Origin: Burkholderiales bacterium
Lineage (GTDB): Bacteria; Pseudomonadota; Gammaproteobacteria; Burkholderiales; SG8-41
NCBI GenBank assembly: GCA_036003485.1
Contig: DASYSI010000078.1
Location: 1-48,157, forward strand
Length of the DNA: 48,157 nucleotides
Reading direction: 5' to 3'
The first letter of the stretch is position 1. Each line of letters opens with the position of its first letter. The notes below the pieces were generated by a model. That model did no database searches, was not told where the DNA came from, and saw only the letters and a program-made list of their open reading frames with translations. The translations under genes and the position numbers were made by a program. Below are positions 35,949-44,145 of the stretch, piece after piece.

Positions 35949-36324
35949 CTAGCAGGCTGATGCAGAACCCGCTGGGAGCCGCGTTTGCACGAAAAGTGCT
36001 CAGATGCAAGGCGCGCGACGAAGGTCGAATGCTCGCTCTATTCGACGAGGCGCGCAACGCCGCAGCTGGGCACTTTTCGTGCAAACCCTTCGGGGCGGTG
36101 CTTGGCGGGGCCCGCCGCAGCGTCCGCGCCAAGGCAACGGCGCAGCGCAGGCGGGCCATCGATCGCGCTCCCCGGCCTTGCTTCGCTCCGTCTACGGCTC
36201 GCGCGATCATCTGCTTTGTTGCGAACCTTGCGAATAGTCGGGCTATTCGTCTGCGGCTCGCGTCGCGCATCTCACCCCGCCAAGCACCGCCGCGGCCCCA
36301 TGGGGTTCTGCATCAGCCTGCTAG
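35949..36324. repeat. 376-bp element bounded by perfect 22-bp terminal inverted repeats (MITE-like, invertible-segment-like, or structured RNA)
   Basis: Left arm CTAGCAGGCTGATGCAGAACCC (35949-35970). The right arm at 36303-36324 is its exact reverse complement. Nested perfect complementary pairs are 35983-35999/36070-36086 (17 bp), 36097-36110/36275-36288 (14 bp), 36161-36168/36201-36208 (8 bp) and 36231-36237/36243-36249 (7 bp). Confidence 0.65.
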
Positions 36325-37289
36325 GCTTGTCAGGCAAATGGTTGCTCGTCTTCGCACCATGCCTGCTTTGCAGCGTGGCGGCCGCCCAAAATTATCCGGC
36401 GAAACCGGTACGGCTCATCGTCGCCTTCACTGCCGGCGGCGGCAACGACGTGCTCGCGCGCGTGATCGCGCAGAAATTGGCGCTTGCACTGGGCCAGCAG
36501 TTCATCGTTGACAACCGGCCCGGCGCGGGTGGAACGCTCGGCGCCGAGCTCGCGGCCAAGGCAGCGCCCGATGGCTACACGTTGTTTCTGGCGGGCGTGG
36601 CAACACATGCGATCAATCCGAACCTGCAGAAAAACCTTCCCTACGATCCGGTACGGGATTTCGATGCGGTGAGCCTCATCGCTACCGCTCCGCTGCTGCT
36701 CGCGGTCCACCCGTCACTTCCTGCCCGCTCAGTGCGCGAGCTCATTTCCTTGGCCAGAGCGAAGCCCGGCGCAATCAATTTCGCGTCAAGCGGCGTGGGT
36801 AGCTCGGCACAACTCGCAGCCGAACTGTTCAAGTCGATGACGCGCACCCGCATGCAGCATGTTCCGTATAAGGGCATCTCACAGGGATTAACCGATCTCA
36901 TGAGCGGTCAGGTGCAAGTCATCTTCAATGCCGCGGCCGCACTGCTTACCCACGTGAAATCCGACCGGCTGCGGGCGCTCGCGGTCACCACGCTGCAGAG
37001 GATTCCCGCGCTCGCGGACATCCCCACGATTGCCGAATCCGGAGTTCCCGGCTATCAGGCAGGATCGTGGTACGGAATCGTGGCGCCGGCTGGAACTCCG
37101 CGCGCCATCATCGACAGGCTGAGCCGCGAAACCGCGAGTGCCGTCAAGTCGCCCGAAGTCTCCGCGCGCCTCAACGCCGAGGCGGTGCTTGGCGTCGGCA
37201 GCTCCCCCGAGCAATTCGCCATCCACATCAGGGACGAGCTCGCGCGCATCGGCAAGGTCATCAGAGAGGCAGGTATCACACTCGAGTAA
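36300..37289 (+). CDS. Bug/TctC-family substrate-binding protein
   Basis: ORF 35985..37289 trimmed to ATG 36300 (MGFCISLLGLSGKWLLVFAPCLLCSVAAAQNYPAKPVRLIVAFTAGGGND). The first 8 codons lie inside the right inverted repeat. Confidence 0.85.
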   Translation: MGFCISLLGLSGKWLLVFAPCLLCSVAAAQNYPAKPVRLIVAFTAGGGNDVLARVIAQKLALALGQQFIVDNRPGAGGTLGAELAAKAAPDGYTLFLAGVATHAINPNLQKNLPYDPVRDFDAVSLIATAPLLLAVHPSLPARSVRELISLARAKPGAINFASSGVGSSAQLAAELFKSMTRTRMQHVPYKGISQGLTDLMSGQVQVIFNAAAALLTHVKSDRLRALAVTTLQRIPALADIPTIAESGVPGYQAGSWYGIVAPAGTPRAIIDRLSRETASAVKSPEVSARLNAEAVLGVGSSPEQFAIHIRDELARIGKVIREAGITLE

Positions 37290-37378
37290 TGCATCAAATC
37301 CGGAACGTCCCGCGCTAATGCCGGACGGAATGGAATGCCTGACAATCTCTGAGTTACAGGCCAGCCGCGTCTAGCAGG

Positions 37379-37804
37379 CTAAACCGCGCGGGTTTGAGTG
37401 CCGCGCTCTTCGAGCTCGACCAGCGCGCCGAGAAAATCCTTCGGATGCACGAACGCAATGCGTTCGCCATGCACGTTCGATTGCAGCGTGCCTTCGCCGA
37501 GCACGCGCACGCCTTTGGCGCGCGCGGCGGCGGCTGTCGCTTCGACATCGTCGACGTTGAGACAAAAATGATGAATCCCGCCGTGCGGATTGCGTTCGAG
37601 AAATTTTGCCACCGGCGAATCGGCGCGCGCGGGCTCCATCAATTCGATTTTCGCATTGCCGAGATCGACGTAGGCAAGGCGCACACCCTGCTGCTCGTTG
37701 GTTCTGATCGCGCCGATTTCAAGTCCGTATTTCTGCCTGATCTCGCGCGCCGCGGCTTCGAGGCTGGGAACAACGATCGAAACATGGCTTAAGCCGGTGA
37801 ACAT
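37379..37804 (-). CDS. methylmalonyl-CoA epimerase-like VOC-family protein
   Basis: 141 aa with LSHVSIVVPSLEAA, AKIELMEP, GGIHHFCLNVDD and LVELEE, the MCE pattern. Confidence 0.8.
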   Translation of the reverse strand: MFTGLSHVSIVVPSLEAAAREIRQKYGLEIGAIRTNEQQGVRLAYVDLGNAKIELMEPARADSPVAKFLERNPHGGIHHFCLNVDDVEATAAAARAKGVRVLGEGTLQSNVHGERIAFVHPKDFLGALVELEERGTQTRAV

Positions 37805-37822
37805 GGGTTGCCTCGCGTCATT

Positions 37823-39028
37823 TCAAATCACATTGTCTTGGCGCAATGCGGCGATACGCGCATCGTCGTACCCCAGCTCGTGCTGCAAGATCTCGTCGGT
37901 GTGCTGGCCCAGCGTCGGAGGTGCGCGCCGCACTGAGGTCGGCGTGGCGCTGAACTTGAACGGCGTGCCGATCACCTTAAGCGGCCCCAGCGCCGGATGT
38001 TCGACCGTCTCGATCATTCTGCGCGCTGCGGTCTGCGGATCGTCGAACGCCTGCTTGACCGAATTGATGCGTCCGCACGGCACTCCGGCCTCTTTCAGCT
38101 TTTCGATCCACGCGTTCGCGGTGTTGGTCTTCAACGTGTCGGCGATCATGGCGTCGAGCACTTCGCGGTGCGCGACACGATCTTTGTTCTGCTTGAAGCG
38201 CGCGTCGCCTGCCCATTCGGCGCGCCCGATCGCGTGCGCGAATTTCGCAAACTGCGCATCGTTGCCGACCGCCACCGCCATCATGCCGTCGGCCGTCGGA
38301 TAGGTCGTATACGGCACGATGCTTGGGTGGCCGTTGCCGTAGCGTCCGCTTTCGCGTCCTGCGGCGAGATAATTGGCCGCGACGTTGGCGAGCATGAATA
38401 AACTTGTTTCATAAAGCGAGACTTCGAGATGCTGGCCGCGGCCGCTGCGGCCGCGCGCTGCGAGCGCTGCGAGTATCGAGCTCGACGCGAGCATGCCCGT
38501 GCATATATCGACGAGCGCCACGCCGTGCTTGGTCGGCGGCCCGTCCCTGGGCCCGGTGATACTCATCAGACCCGACTCCGCCTGCAGAATGAAATCGTAG
38601 CCGGGTAGTCCGCCTTTGGGGCCGTCCGCGCCGTAGCCTGTGATCGAGCAGCGGATCACCTGCGGCGCATTGGCTTCGAGCCAGTCATTGGAAAAACCCC
38701 ATTTCTCGAGTGTGCCGACCTTGAAGTTCTCGACCAGTACATCGCTCGAGCGGATCAACCCGGCAAGAATCGCCTGTCCTGGTTTACACGCCATGTTAAG
38801 CGTCATCGAACGCTTGTTGCGGTTAAGCCCGAGAAAATATGCTGCTTCGCCTCCGACGAAAGGCGGGCCCCAGGTACGCGTATCGTCGCCGCCCGGCGGC
38901 TCGACTTTGATCACATCGGCGCCCATGTCACCGAGCATCATCGTGCACAACGGACCGGCAAGTATGCGCGTCAGATCGAGTACGCGCAGGCCCGTCAGGG
39001 CCCCTTCATCAGACTGCGCCACACTCAC
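37823..39028 (-). CDS. CaiB/BaiF-family (class III) CoA-transferase
   Basis: ORF 37823..39352 trimmed to GTG 39028, which overlaps the upstream stop as GTGA and gives 401 aa. LTGLRVLDLTRILAGPLCTMMLGDMGADVIKVEPPGGDDTR is the family N-terminus. Confidence 0.85.
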   Translation of the reverse strand: MSVAQSDEGALTGLRVLDLTRILAGPLCTMMLGDMGADVIKVEPPGGDDTRTWGPPFVGGEAAYFLGLNRNKRSMTLNMACKPGQAILAGLIRSSDVLVENFKVGTLEKWGFSNDWLEANAPQVIRCSITGYGADGPKGGLPGYDFILQAESGLMSITGPRDGPPTKHGVALVDICTGMLASSSILAALAARGRSGRGQHLEVSLYETSLFMLANVAANYLAAGRESGRYGNGHPSIVPYTTYPTADGMMAVAVGNDAQFAKFAHAIGRAEWAGDARFKQNKDRVAHREVLDAMIADTLKTNTANAWIEKLKEAGVPCGRINSVKQAFDDPQTAARRMIETVEHPALGPLKVIGTPFKFSATPTSVRRAPPTLGQHTDEILQHELGYDDARIAALRQDNVI

Positions 39029-39924
39029 TTTCTTTTTCTGCGCATCGAAGGCGGCGCGTTGAGGTCGCGCGCGCAGCCATCGAGATAGCGCGCAAGTTCG
39101 CGCTTGTCGCGCAGACGGAACTGGTTGAAGTCCGGCCTGCGTCCCTCGATGAATGCGCCCATGCCTTCGTTCGCTTCGGGCGATCCCCACACGTGTGCGA
39201 GCAACTCCATACCGTGCTGCCACGACGCATACAACTGGTCCGACTCGAAATTGAGCGAGCGCTTGGTCATGCGCAGTGTGAGCGCGCTGTGGCCCTTGAT
39301 GGTCTCGCACCACTTGAGCGTTTCTGTAACGAGGTCCTTCTGCGGCACGCATTTGTTGATGAGGCCGACCGTAACCGCCTCTTGCGCGGTGAAACGGCGT
39401 GCGCAGAAAATCATCTCACGCGCGAGCCGCTCGCCGATGATGCGCGGCAGATACTGCGTTGCACCCACCGTCGGGCACGCGCCGACCTTGGCGCCGGTTT
39501 GTCCAAGCACCGCATTTTCAGACGCGATCACCACATCGCACCACAGCGCAAGCTCGTGCCCGCCGCCCATGCACCAGCCGTTGACCATCGCAATGACCGG
39601 AATCGGCAGGCCGCGGATCGTCATCGCCAAGCCGAGCATGCGGTCGTTCCACATGCAGGCGTTGGTGAAGTTGAGACGTTTCATCGCGTAAAAATCGCCG
39701 CCCGCCGAGAACGACTTGTCGCCCGCTCCGGTCACCACCGCGCACGCGATCGACGGATCTTCGCGCGTCGACTTGAACGCATCGATCATCTCGTCCAGCG
39801 ACTGCTCGCGAAACGAGTTGAGCACGCGCGGCCGGTTGATCGTGATCCACGCAACCTGATCTTTCACCTCATAAATAATGTCGGTGTACTTGCGCCTGGC
39901 GCTTTTTTTGGATTTTGCTGCCAT
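39025..39924 (-). CDS. enoyl-CoA hydratase/isomerase (crotonase) family protein
   Basis: 299 aa with VAWITINRPRVLNSF and VVTGAGDKSFSAGGD. Confidence 0.9.
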   Translation of the reverse strand: MAAKSKKSARRKYTDIIYEVKDQVAWITINRPRVLNSFREQSLDEMIDAFKSTREDPSIACAVVTGAGDKSFSAGGDFYAMKRLNFTNACMWNDRMLGLAMTIRGLPIPVIAMVNGWCMGGGHELALWCDVVIASENAVLGQTGAKVGACPTVGATQYLPRIIGERLAREMIFCARRFTAQEAVTVGLINKCVPQKDLVTETLKWCETIKGHSALTLRMTKRSLNFESDQLYASWQHGMELLAHVWGSPEANEGMGAFIEGRRPDFNQFRLRDKRELARYLDGCARDLNAPPSMRRKRK

Positions 39925-40031
39925 GTTCTTGCCCTCTGATTGAACCTGCAGAATATCGCGCGACCTTCGGCGGCAAGTTTACCAGAATGCCGCGGCGACC
40001 CGGCGGCGTGATGCGGCGCAGTTCTGGAGCG

Positions 40032-40061
40032 TTGACAGCAAACGCCTTCCTCCACTATCTT
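40032..40061 (+). promoter_or_regulatory. possible sigma70 promoter of the Bug-hydrolase operon
   Basis: TTGACA (40032-40037), an 18-bp spacer, then TATCTT (40056-40061). The -10 is weak. Confidence 0.3.
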
Positions 40062-40119
40062 CACAGGGCGCGAGAGGAACATACACCCATACATTCGCCC
40101 CGCGCTCTCGAGAAAACCC

Positions 40120-41097
40120 ATGGCCACGATTTCAAACCGCTTGCCCGCAGTGCTCGCTTTTGGCGCGTGCTTGGTCGCGTGCAATTGCTGGGCACAGAAT
40201 TATCCGGTGCGGGCGATACGGATTATTGTACCCTTCGTCCCGGGCGGCCCGACCGACATCCAGGCACGCTGGGCCGCGCAGCACTTGAACACCGCATTCG
40301 GACAGCCGGTCATCGTCGAGAATCGCGGCGGCGCCGGAGGTGTGCCCGGCAGCGAGGCTGTCGTCAAGAGTGCGCCCGACGGCTACACGCTGCTCGCCGG
40401 CAATCCGGGACCGCTGACGATTGCGCCGAGCGTGCGCGCGCAAATGCCGTACGACACGCTGCGCGACCTGGCGCCGATCGTGCTTATCGCGCGCAGCGCG
40501 AGCTGTCTTTGCGTGCATCCCAGCGTGCCGGCTAAAGGCGTCAAAGATTTCATTGCGCTCGCCAAGAGCCGTCCGGGCAAAATCAATTACGGCTCGCCGG
40601 GCGTGGGCACGGTCGGCCATCTCGCCACTGAACTATTCGCAAGCCAGGCGGGCATCAAGCTCAATCACATCCCGTACAAGGGTGCGGCTCAATACACGAT
40701 CGATCTGATCGCCGGCCACATCGAGCTTGCCATCATTCAGTTCGCCGGCTGCGCGCCGCTCGCGAAACAGGGAAAAGTACGCGCCCTCGGCGCAACCTCG
40801 CTCAAGCGCACGCCGATTTTGCCAAACCTGCCGACAATCGCCGAGCAGGGACTCGCCGGGTTCGAAAGCTATAACTGGAACGGCGTGCTGGCGCCGGCGG
40901 GAACGCCGAGGGCGATCATCGTGCGCATCCACGAGATACTCGCCAGACAGCTCGCGACACCAGAAGGCAGGGAGCTGTTTGTGAGCCAGGGACACGAGCC
41001 CGGCGGCGACGGACCGGACGAATATGCCGCTTTCATCCGCGCCGAAATTGAAAAGTGGTCGAAGGTTGCCAAGGCCGCCGGAATTCAGGCGCAATAG
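40120..41097 (+). CDS. Bug/TctC-family substrate-binding protein
   Basis: 325 aa. MATISNRLPAVLAFGACLVACNCWAQNYPVRAIRIIVPFVPGGPTD. Confidence 0.9.
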   Translation: MATISNRLPAVLAFGACLVACNCWAQNYPVRAIRIIVPFVPGGPTDIQARWAAQHLNTAFGQPVIVENRGGAGGVPGSEAVVKSAPDGYTLLAGNPGPLTIAPSVRAQMPYDTLRDLAPIVLIARSASCLCVHPSVPAKGVKDFIALAKSRPGKINYGSPGVGTVGHLATELFASQAGIKLNHIPYKGAAQYTIDLIAGHIELAIIQFAGCAPLAKQGKVRALGATSLKRTPILPNLPTIAEQGLAGFESYNWNGVLAPAGTPRAIIVRIHEILARQLATPEGRELFVSQGHEPGGDGPDEYAAFIRAEIEKWSKVAKAAGIQAQ

Positions 41098-41165
41098 TCC
41101 GCGCCGCCGAACAAGAATTGGCAGCAGATCCCCGATTCCATTAACCCGGACGAAAGAGCGACGTC

Positions 41166-42338
41166 ATGGCTGAAAAAAAAGACCCTCCGTACTTCATGTA
41201 TTTTCCCGGTAACTACCGCTGGTCAGCGGCTTTCATCAACATGCTGGGCTCGGCGCCCTACGGTGGTTCCGAAATCGGCGAACTGCATAAGATCGGAGCT
41301 TTACTCAAAGGCAAGGCGCCCGAAGACGACGAAGCGTGGTTCGATGCGTGCCTGAAAGTCGCGGACGGAGTGCGCGGCTACGCCGACCGCTTCGATAAGG
41401 GCGGACACCGTCACGCCGCGTCGCACGCTTATCTGCGCGCGTGCAATTACTACCAGATGGCGGAACGCTTTCGCACCCCGAAAGACAAGAAAGCGCTCAG
41501 CGCCTTCAAAAACGGCGTCGACTGTTTTCACCGCTTTGCGAAGCTCACCGATGTCAAAATCGAAATCGTCGAAGTGCCGTTTAAAGACGGCAGCCTTCCC
41601 GGCTATTTCGTGCACGCGCAGAACGTCAAATCGAAACCCGCGCCGTGCGTGGTTTTTTTCGACGGCCTCGACGTGACCAAGGAAATTCAATACGTGCGCG
41701 GCGTTCCCGATCTCATCAAGCGCGGTATCTCGGTGCTGGTCATGGACGGGCCCGGCACCGGCGAGGCGATTCGCTTCCGCGGGCACTACTTGCGGCACGA
41801 TTATGAAGTCGCCGGCAGCGCGTGCATCGATTACCTCGAAAAACGCGACGACGTCGACGCCAAGAAAATCGGCATCGTCGCGATCAGCCTCGGCGGCTAC
41901 TACTCGCCGCGCTGCGCTGCAATGGAGCCGCGCTACGCCGCGTGTATCGCATGGGGCGCGCAGTGGGATTATCACGCCACCTGGAAAAAACGCATCGAAG
42001 CGTCGTTCAAAACGTCGCTGTCGGTGCCCGGCCATCACATCAACTGGATACTCGGCGTCGATACACTCGATCAGGCTTTGAAAAAACTCGAGCCCTTCAA
42101 GCTCGACGGCGTGATGCAGAAAATGCACTGCCCATTCCTGCTCGTGCATGGCGCGGAAGACGAGCAGATTCCTCTCGCCGACGCGCAAAAGCAGTTCGAT
42201 GCGTGCGGCTCGAAGGACAAGACGTTCCGCGTCTACACTGCCGAGGAAGGCGGATCCCAGCATTGCCAGCGCGATTACCTGACGCTCGTCGTCGCCGACA
42301 TGTGGAACTGGTTCGAAGAAAAGCTCGTGCGCGCTTAG
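41166..42338 (+). CDS. alpha/beta hydrolase (FrsA / 2,6-dihydroxypseudooxynicotine-hydrolase-like)
   Basis: 390 aa. A helical N-terminal region precedes the nucleophile elbow VAISLGGYY. Later come LLVHGAEDEQIP and GGSQHCQ (the His region). The subfamily is assigned from memory only. Confidence 0.75.
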   Translation: MAEKKDPPYFMYFPGNYRWSAAFINMLGSAPYGGSEIGELHKIGALLKGKAPEDDEAWFDACLKVADGVRGYADRFDKGGHRHAASHAYLRACNYYQMAERFRTPKDKKALSAFKNGVDCFHRFAKLTDVKIEIVEVPFKDGSLPGYFVHAQNVKSKPAPCVVFFDGLDVTKEIQYVRGVPDLIKRGISVLVMDGPGTGEAIRFRGHYLRHDYEVAGSACIDYLEKRDDVDAKKIGIVAISLGGYYSPRCAAMEPRYAACIAWGAQWDYHATWKKRIEASFKTSLSVPGHHINWILGVDTLDQALKKLEPFKLDGVMQKMHCPFLLVHGAEDEQIPLADAQKQFDACGSKDKTFRVYTAEEGGSQHCQRDYLTLVVADMWNWFEEKLVRA

Positions 42339-42359
42339 CGTGCACCCGAAAGATGCACG

Positions 42360-44108
42360 ATGAGTGAATACAAAAGCGAGATTCGCGACGGCATGCGCAT
42401 CGACTGGGACGTGCCGGTCAGGATGGACGACGGAATCGTGCTGCGCGCGGACGTATTCCGGCCGGTCAATCCGGGCCGCTATCCGGCGCTTGTCAGCTAT
42501 GGCCCGTATGGCAAGGGCCTCGCGTTTCAGGATGGTTACAAGACTGCGTGGGAAATCATGTCCAAGCAGAATCCCGACGCGGTGGCCGGCACGAGCAATA
42601 AATATCAGAACTGGGAAGTCGTCGATCCCGAGAAATGGGTTCCGGACGGCTACGCGATCGTGCGCGTCGATTCGCGCGGCGCGGGCCGTTCGCCGGGCCG
42701 CCTCGCCCACAACAACGCGCGCGAAAACCGCGATTTTCACGACTGCATCGAGTGGACGGCGGCGCGATCGTGGTGCAGCGGCAAAGTGGGACTCAACGGA
42801 ATTTCCTATTATGCGAGCAGCCAGTGGCGCGCGGCGGCGACGCAGCCGCCGCATCTCGCCGCGATCTGCGTGTGGGAAGGCTGGGTCGACAACTATCGCG
42901 ATTCGACCCACCACGGCGGCATTATCTGCGTGTTCCGCAAGAACTGGCAGGATATGCAGGTGAAAACCGTGCAACACGGAGTCGGCGAGCGGGGTGCCAA
43001 GAGCCGCCTCACCGGCGAGCTCGTGTGCGGACCCGAAACACTCCCCGAGGAAACGCTCGCGCAAAACCGCGAAGACATGTGGGCGGATCTGCTCGCGCAT
43101 CCGCTCGACGGGCCGTATTACCGCGAGCGCAGCGGCGACTTGTCGAAAGTCACCGTGCCGCTGCTATCGGCCGCCAACTGGGGCGGTCAGGGACTGCACC
43201 CGCGCGGGAACTTCGAAGGCTATGTGCACGCGGCGTCCCAGCAAAAATGGCTCGAAGTCCACGGCGGCTCGCATTGGGCGCCTTTCTACACCGATTACGG
43301 CGTGAAACTGCAGAAGCGTTTCTTCGATCATTTTTTGAAAGGTGCAGCCAACGGCTGGGATCAGCAGCCGCGCGTGCAGCTCCAGGTGCGTTACCCCGGC
43401 GAGAAGTTCGTCGAGCGCTTTGAAAACGAATGGCCGCTCGCGCGCACGCAGTGGACGCATTTTTACCTCGATCCCAAAGCCATGCGTCTTGCGCGCGCGC
43501 CCGACACCGGCGCGGCCGCGCAGACCCTTACGTACGACGCGATGGGCGAAGGCGTGACGTTCGCGACGCCGCCGCTCGACCACGACACCGAGATCACGGG
43601 CCCGTCCGCGCTCAAGCTCTTTATCTCGTCGTCGACAAACGACGCTGATTTATTCGTCGTGCTGCGCGTGTTCGACCCGCACGCGAAGGAAGTCGTGTTC
43701 CAGGGCGCGCTCGATCCGCACACGCCGATTGGCCAGGGCTGGTTGAGAGCATCGCAGCGCAAGCTCGACGCACAGCGCTCGCTGCCGTACCGGCCGTATC
43801 ACGCGCACGATGAACGTCAGCCGCTCACGCCGAGGCAGATCTACGAGCTCGACATCGAAATCTGGCCCACCTGTATCGTCGTGCCGAAAGGCTACCGCAT
43901 TGCAATTACCGTTCGCGGCAAGGACTACGAGTACGAGGGCGCAGCGACGACATTGTCGAACATGAAAAATCCGATGCGCGGCTGCGGCCCTTTCATGCAC
44001 GACGATCCCAACGACCGGCCGCCGGAAGTGTTCGGCGGTAAAGTCACGCTGCACTTCGGTCCCGGCTTTGAGGCAGGCGTGCTGCTGCCGGTCATACCCG
44101 CGAAATAA
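42360..44108 (+). CDS. CocE/NonD-family (S15) serine hydrolase
   Basis: 582 aa with VRVDSRGAGRSPG, nucleophile LNGISYYAS and a C-terminal jelly-roll region WLRASQRKLD..LPYRPYHAHD. Confidence 0.9.
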   Translation: MSEYKSEIRDGMRIDWDVPVRMDDGIVLRADVFRPVNPGRYPALVSYGPYGKGLAFQDGYKTAWEIMSKQNPDAVAGTSNKYQNWEVVDPEKWVPDGYAIVRVDSRGAGRSPGRLAHNNARENRDFHDCIEWTAARSWCSGKVGLNGISYYASSQWRAAATQPPHLAAICVWEGWVDNYRDSTHHGGIICVFRKNWQDMQVKTVQHGVGERGAKSRLTGELVCGPETLPEETLAQNREDMWADLLAHPLDGPYYRERSGDLSKVTVPLLSAANWGGQGLHPRGNFEGYVHAASQQKWLEVHGGSHWAPFYTDYGVKLQKRFFDHFLKGAANGWDQQPRVQLQVRYPGEKFVERFENEWPLARTQWTHFYLDPKAMRLARAPDTGAAAQTLTYDAMGEGVTFATPPLDHDTEITGPSALKLFISSSTNDADLFVVLRVFDPHAKEVVFQGALDPHTPIGQGWLRASQRKLDAQRSLPYRPYHAHDERQPLTPRQIYELDIEIWPTCIVVPKGYRIAITVRGKDYEYEGAATTLSNMKNPMRGCGPFMHDDPNDRPPEVFGGKVTLHFGPGFEAGVLLPVIPAK

Positions 44109-44145
44109 CATCGCGGCTCGATCACGCATCCGGAGAAAAAAGGCA

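Noticed and set aside
35985-36299. 105-codon N-terminal extension of the Bug ORF (434-aa version). The same issue applies to the long 5' extensions of ORFs 30813..32012, 37823..39352, 34016..34918 and 17271..18377.
   Set aside because: The extensions lie upstream of canonical signal peptides or family N-termini. They translate to Arg/Ala-rich sequence and, in this case, run through the inverted-repeat element. Internal starts give normal protein lengths.
37370-37380. Third occurrence of TCTAGCAGGCT, the first 11 nt (with one flanking base) of the 22-bp repeat
   Set aside because: An 11-nt match is too short to distinguish from chance in 48 kb, and the rest of the repeat is absent. It also overlaps the stop codon of the epimerase-like gene.
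41301-43100. 599-aa ORF on the minus strand
   Set aside because: It is antisense to two strongly supported CDS (the alpha/beta hydrolase and the first CocE/NonD gene). Its Arg/Ala/Gly-rich composition is typical of off-frame ORFs in high-GC DNA, and it has no recognisable motif.
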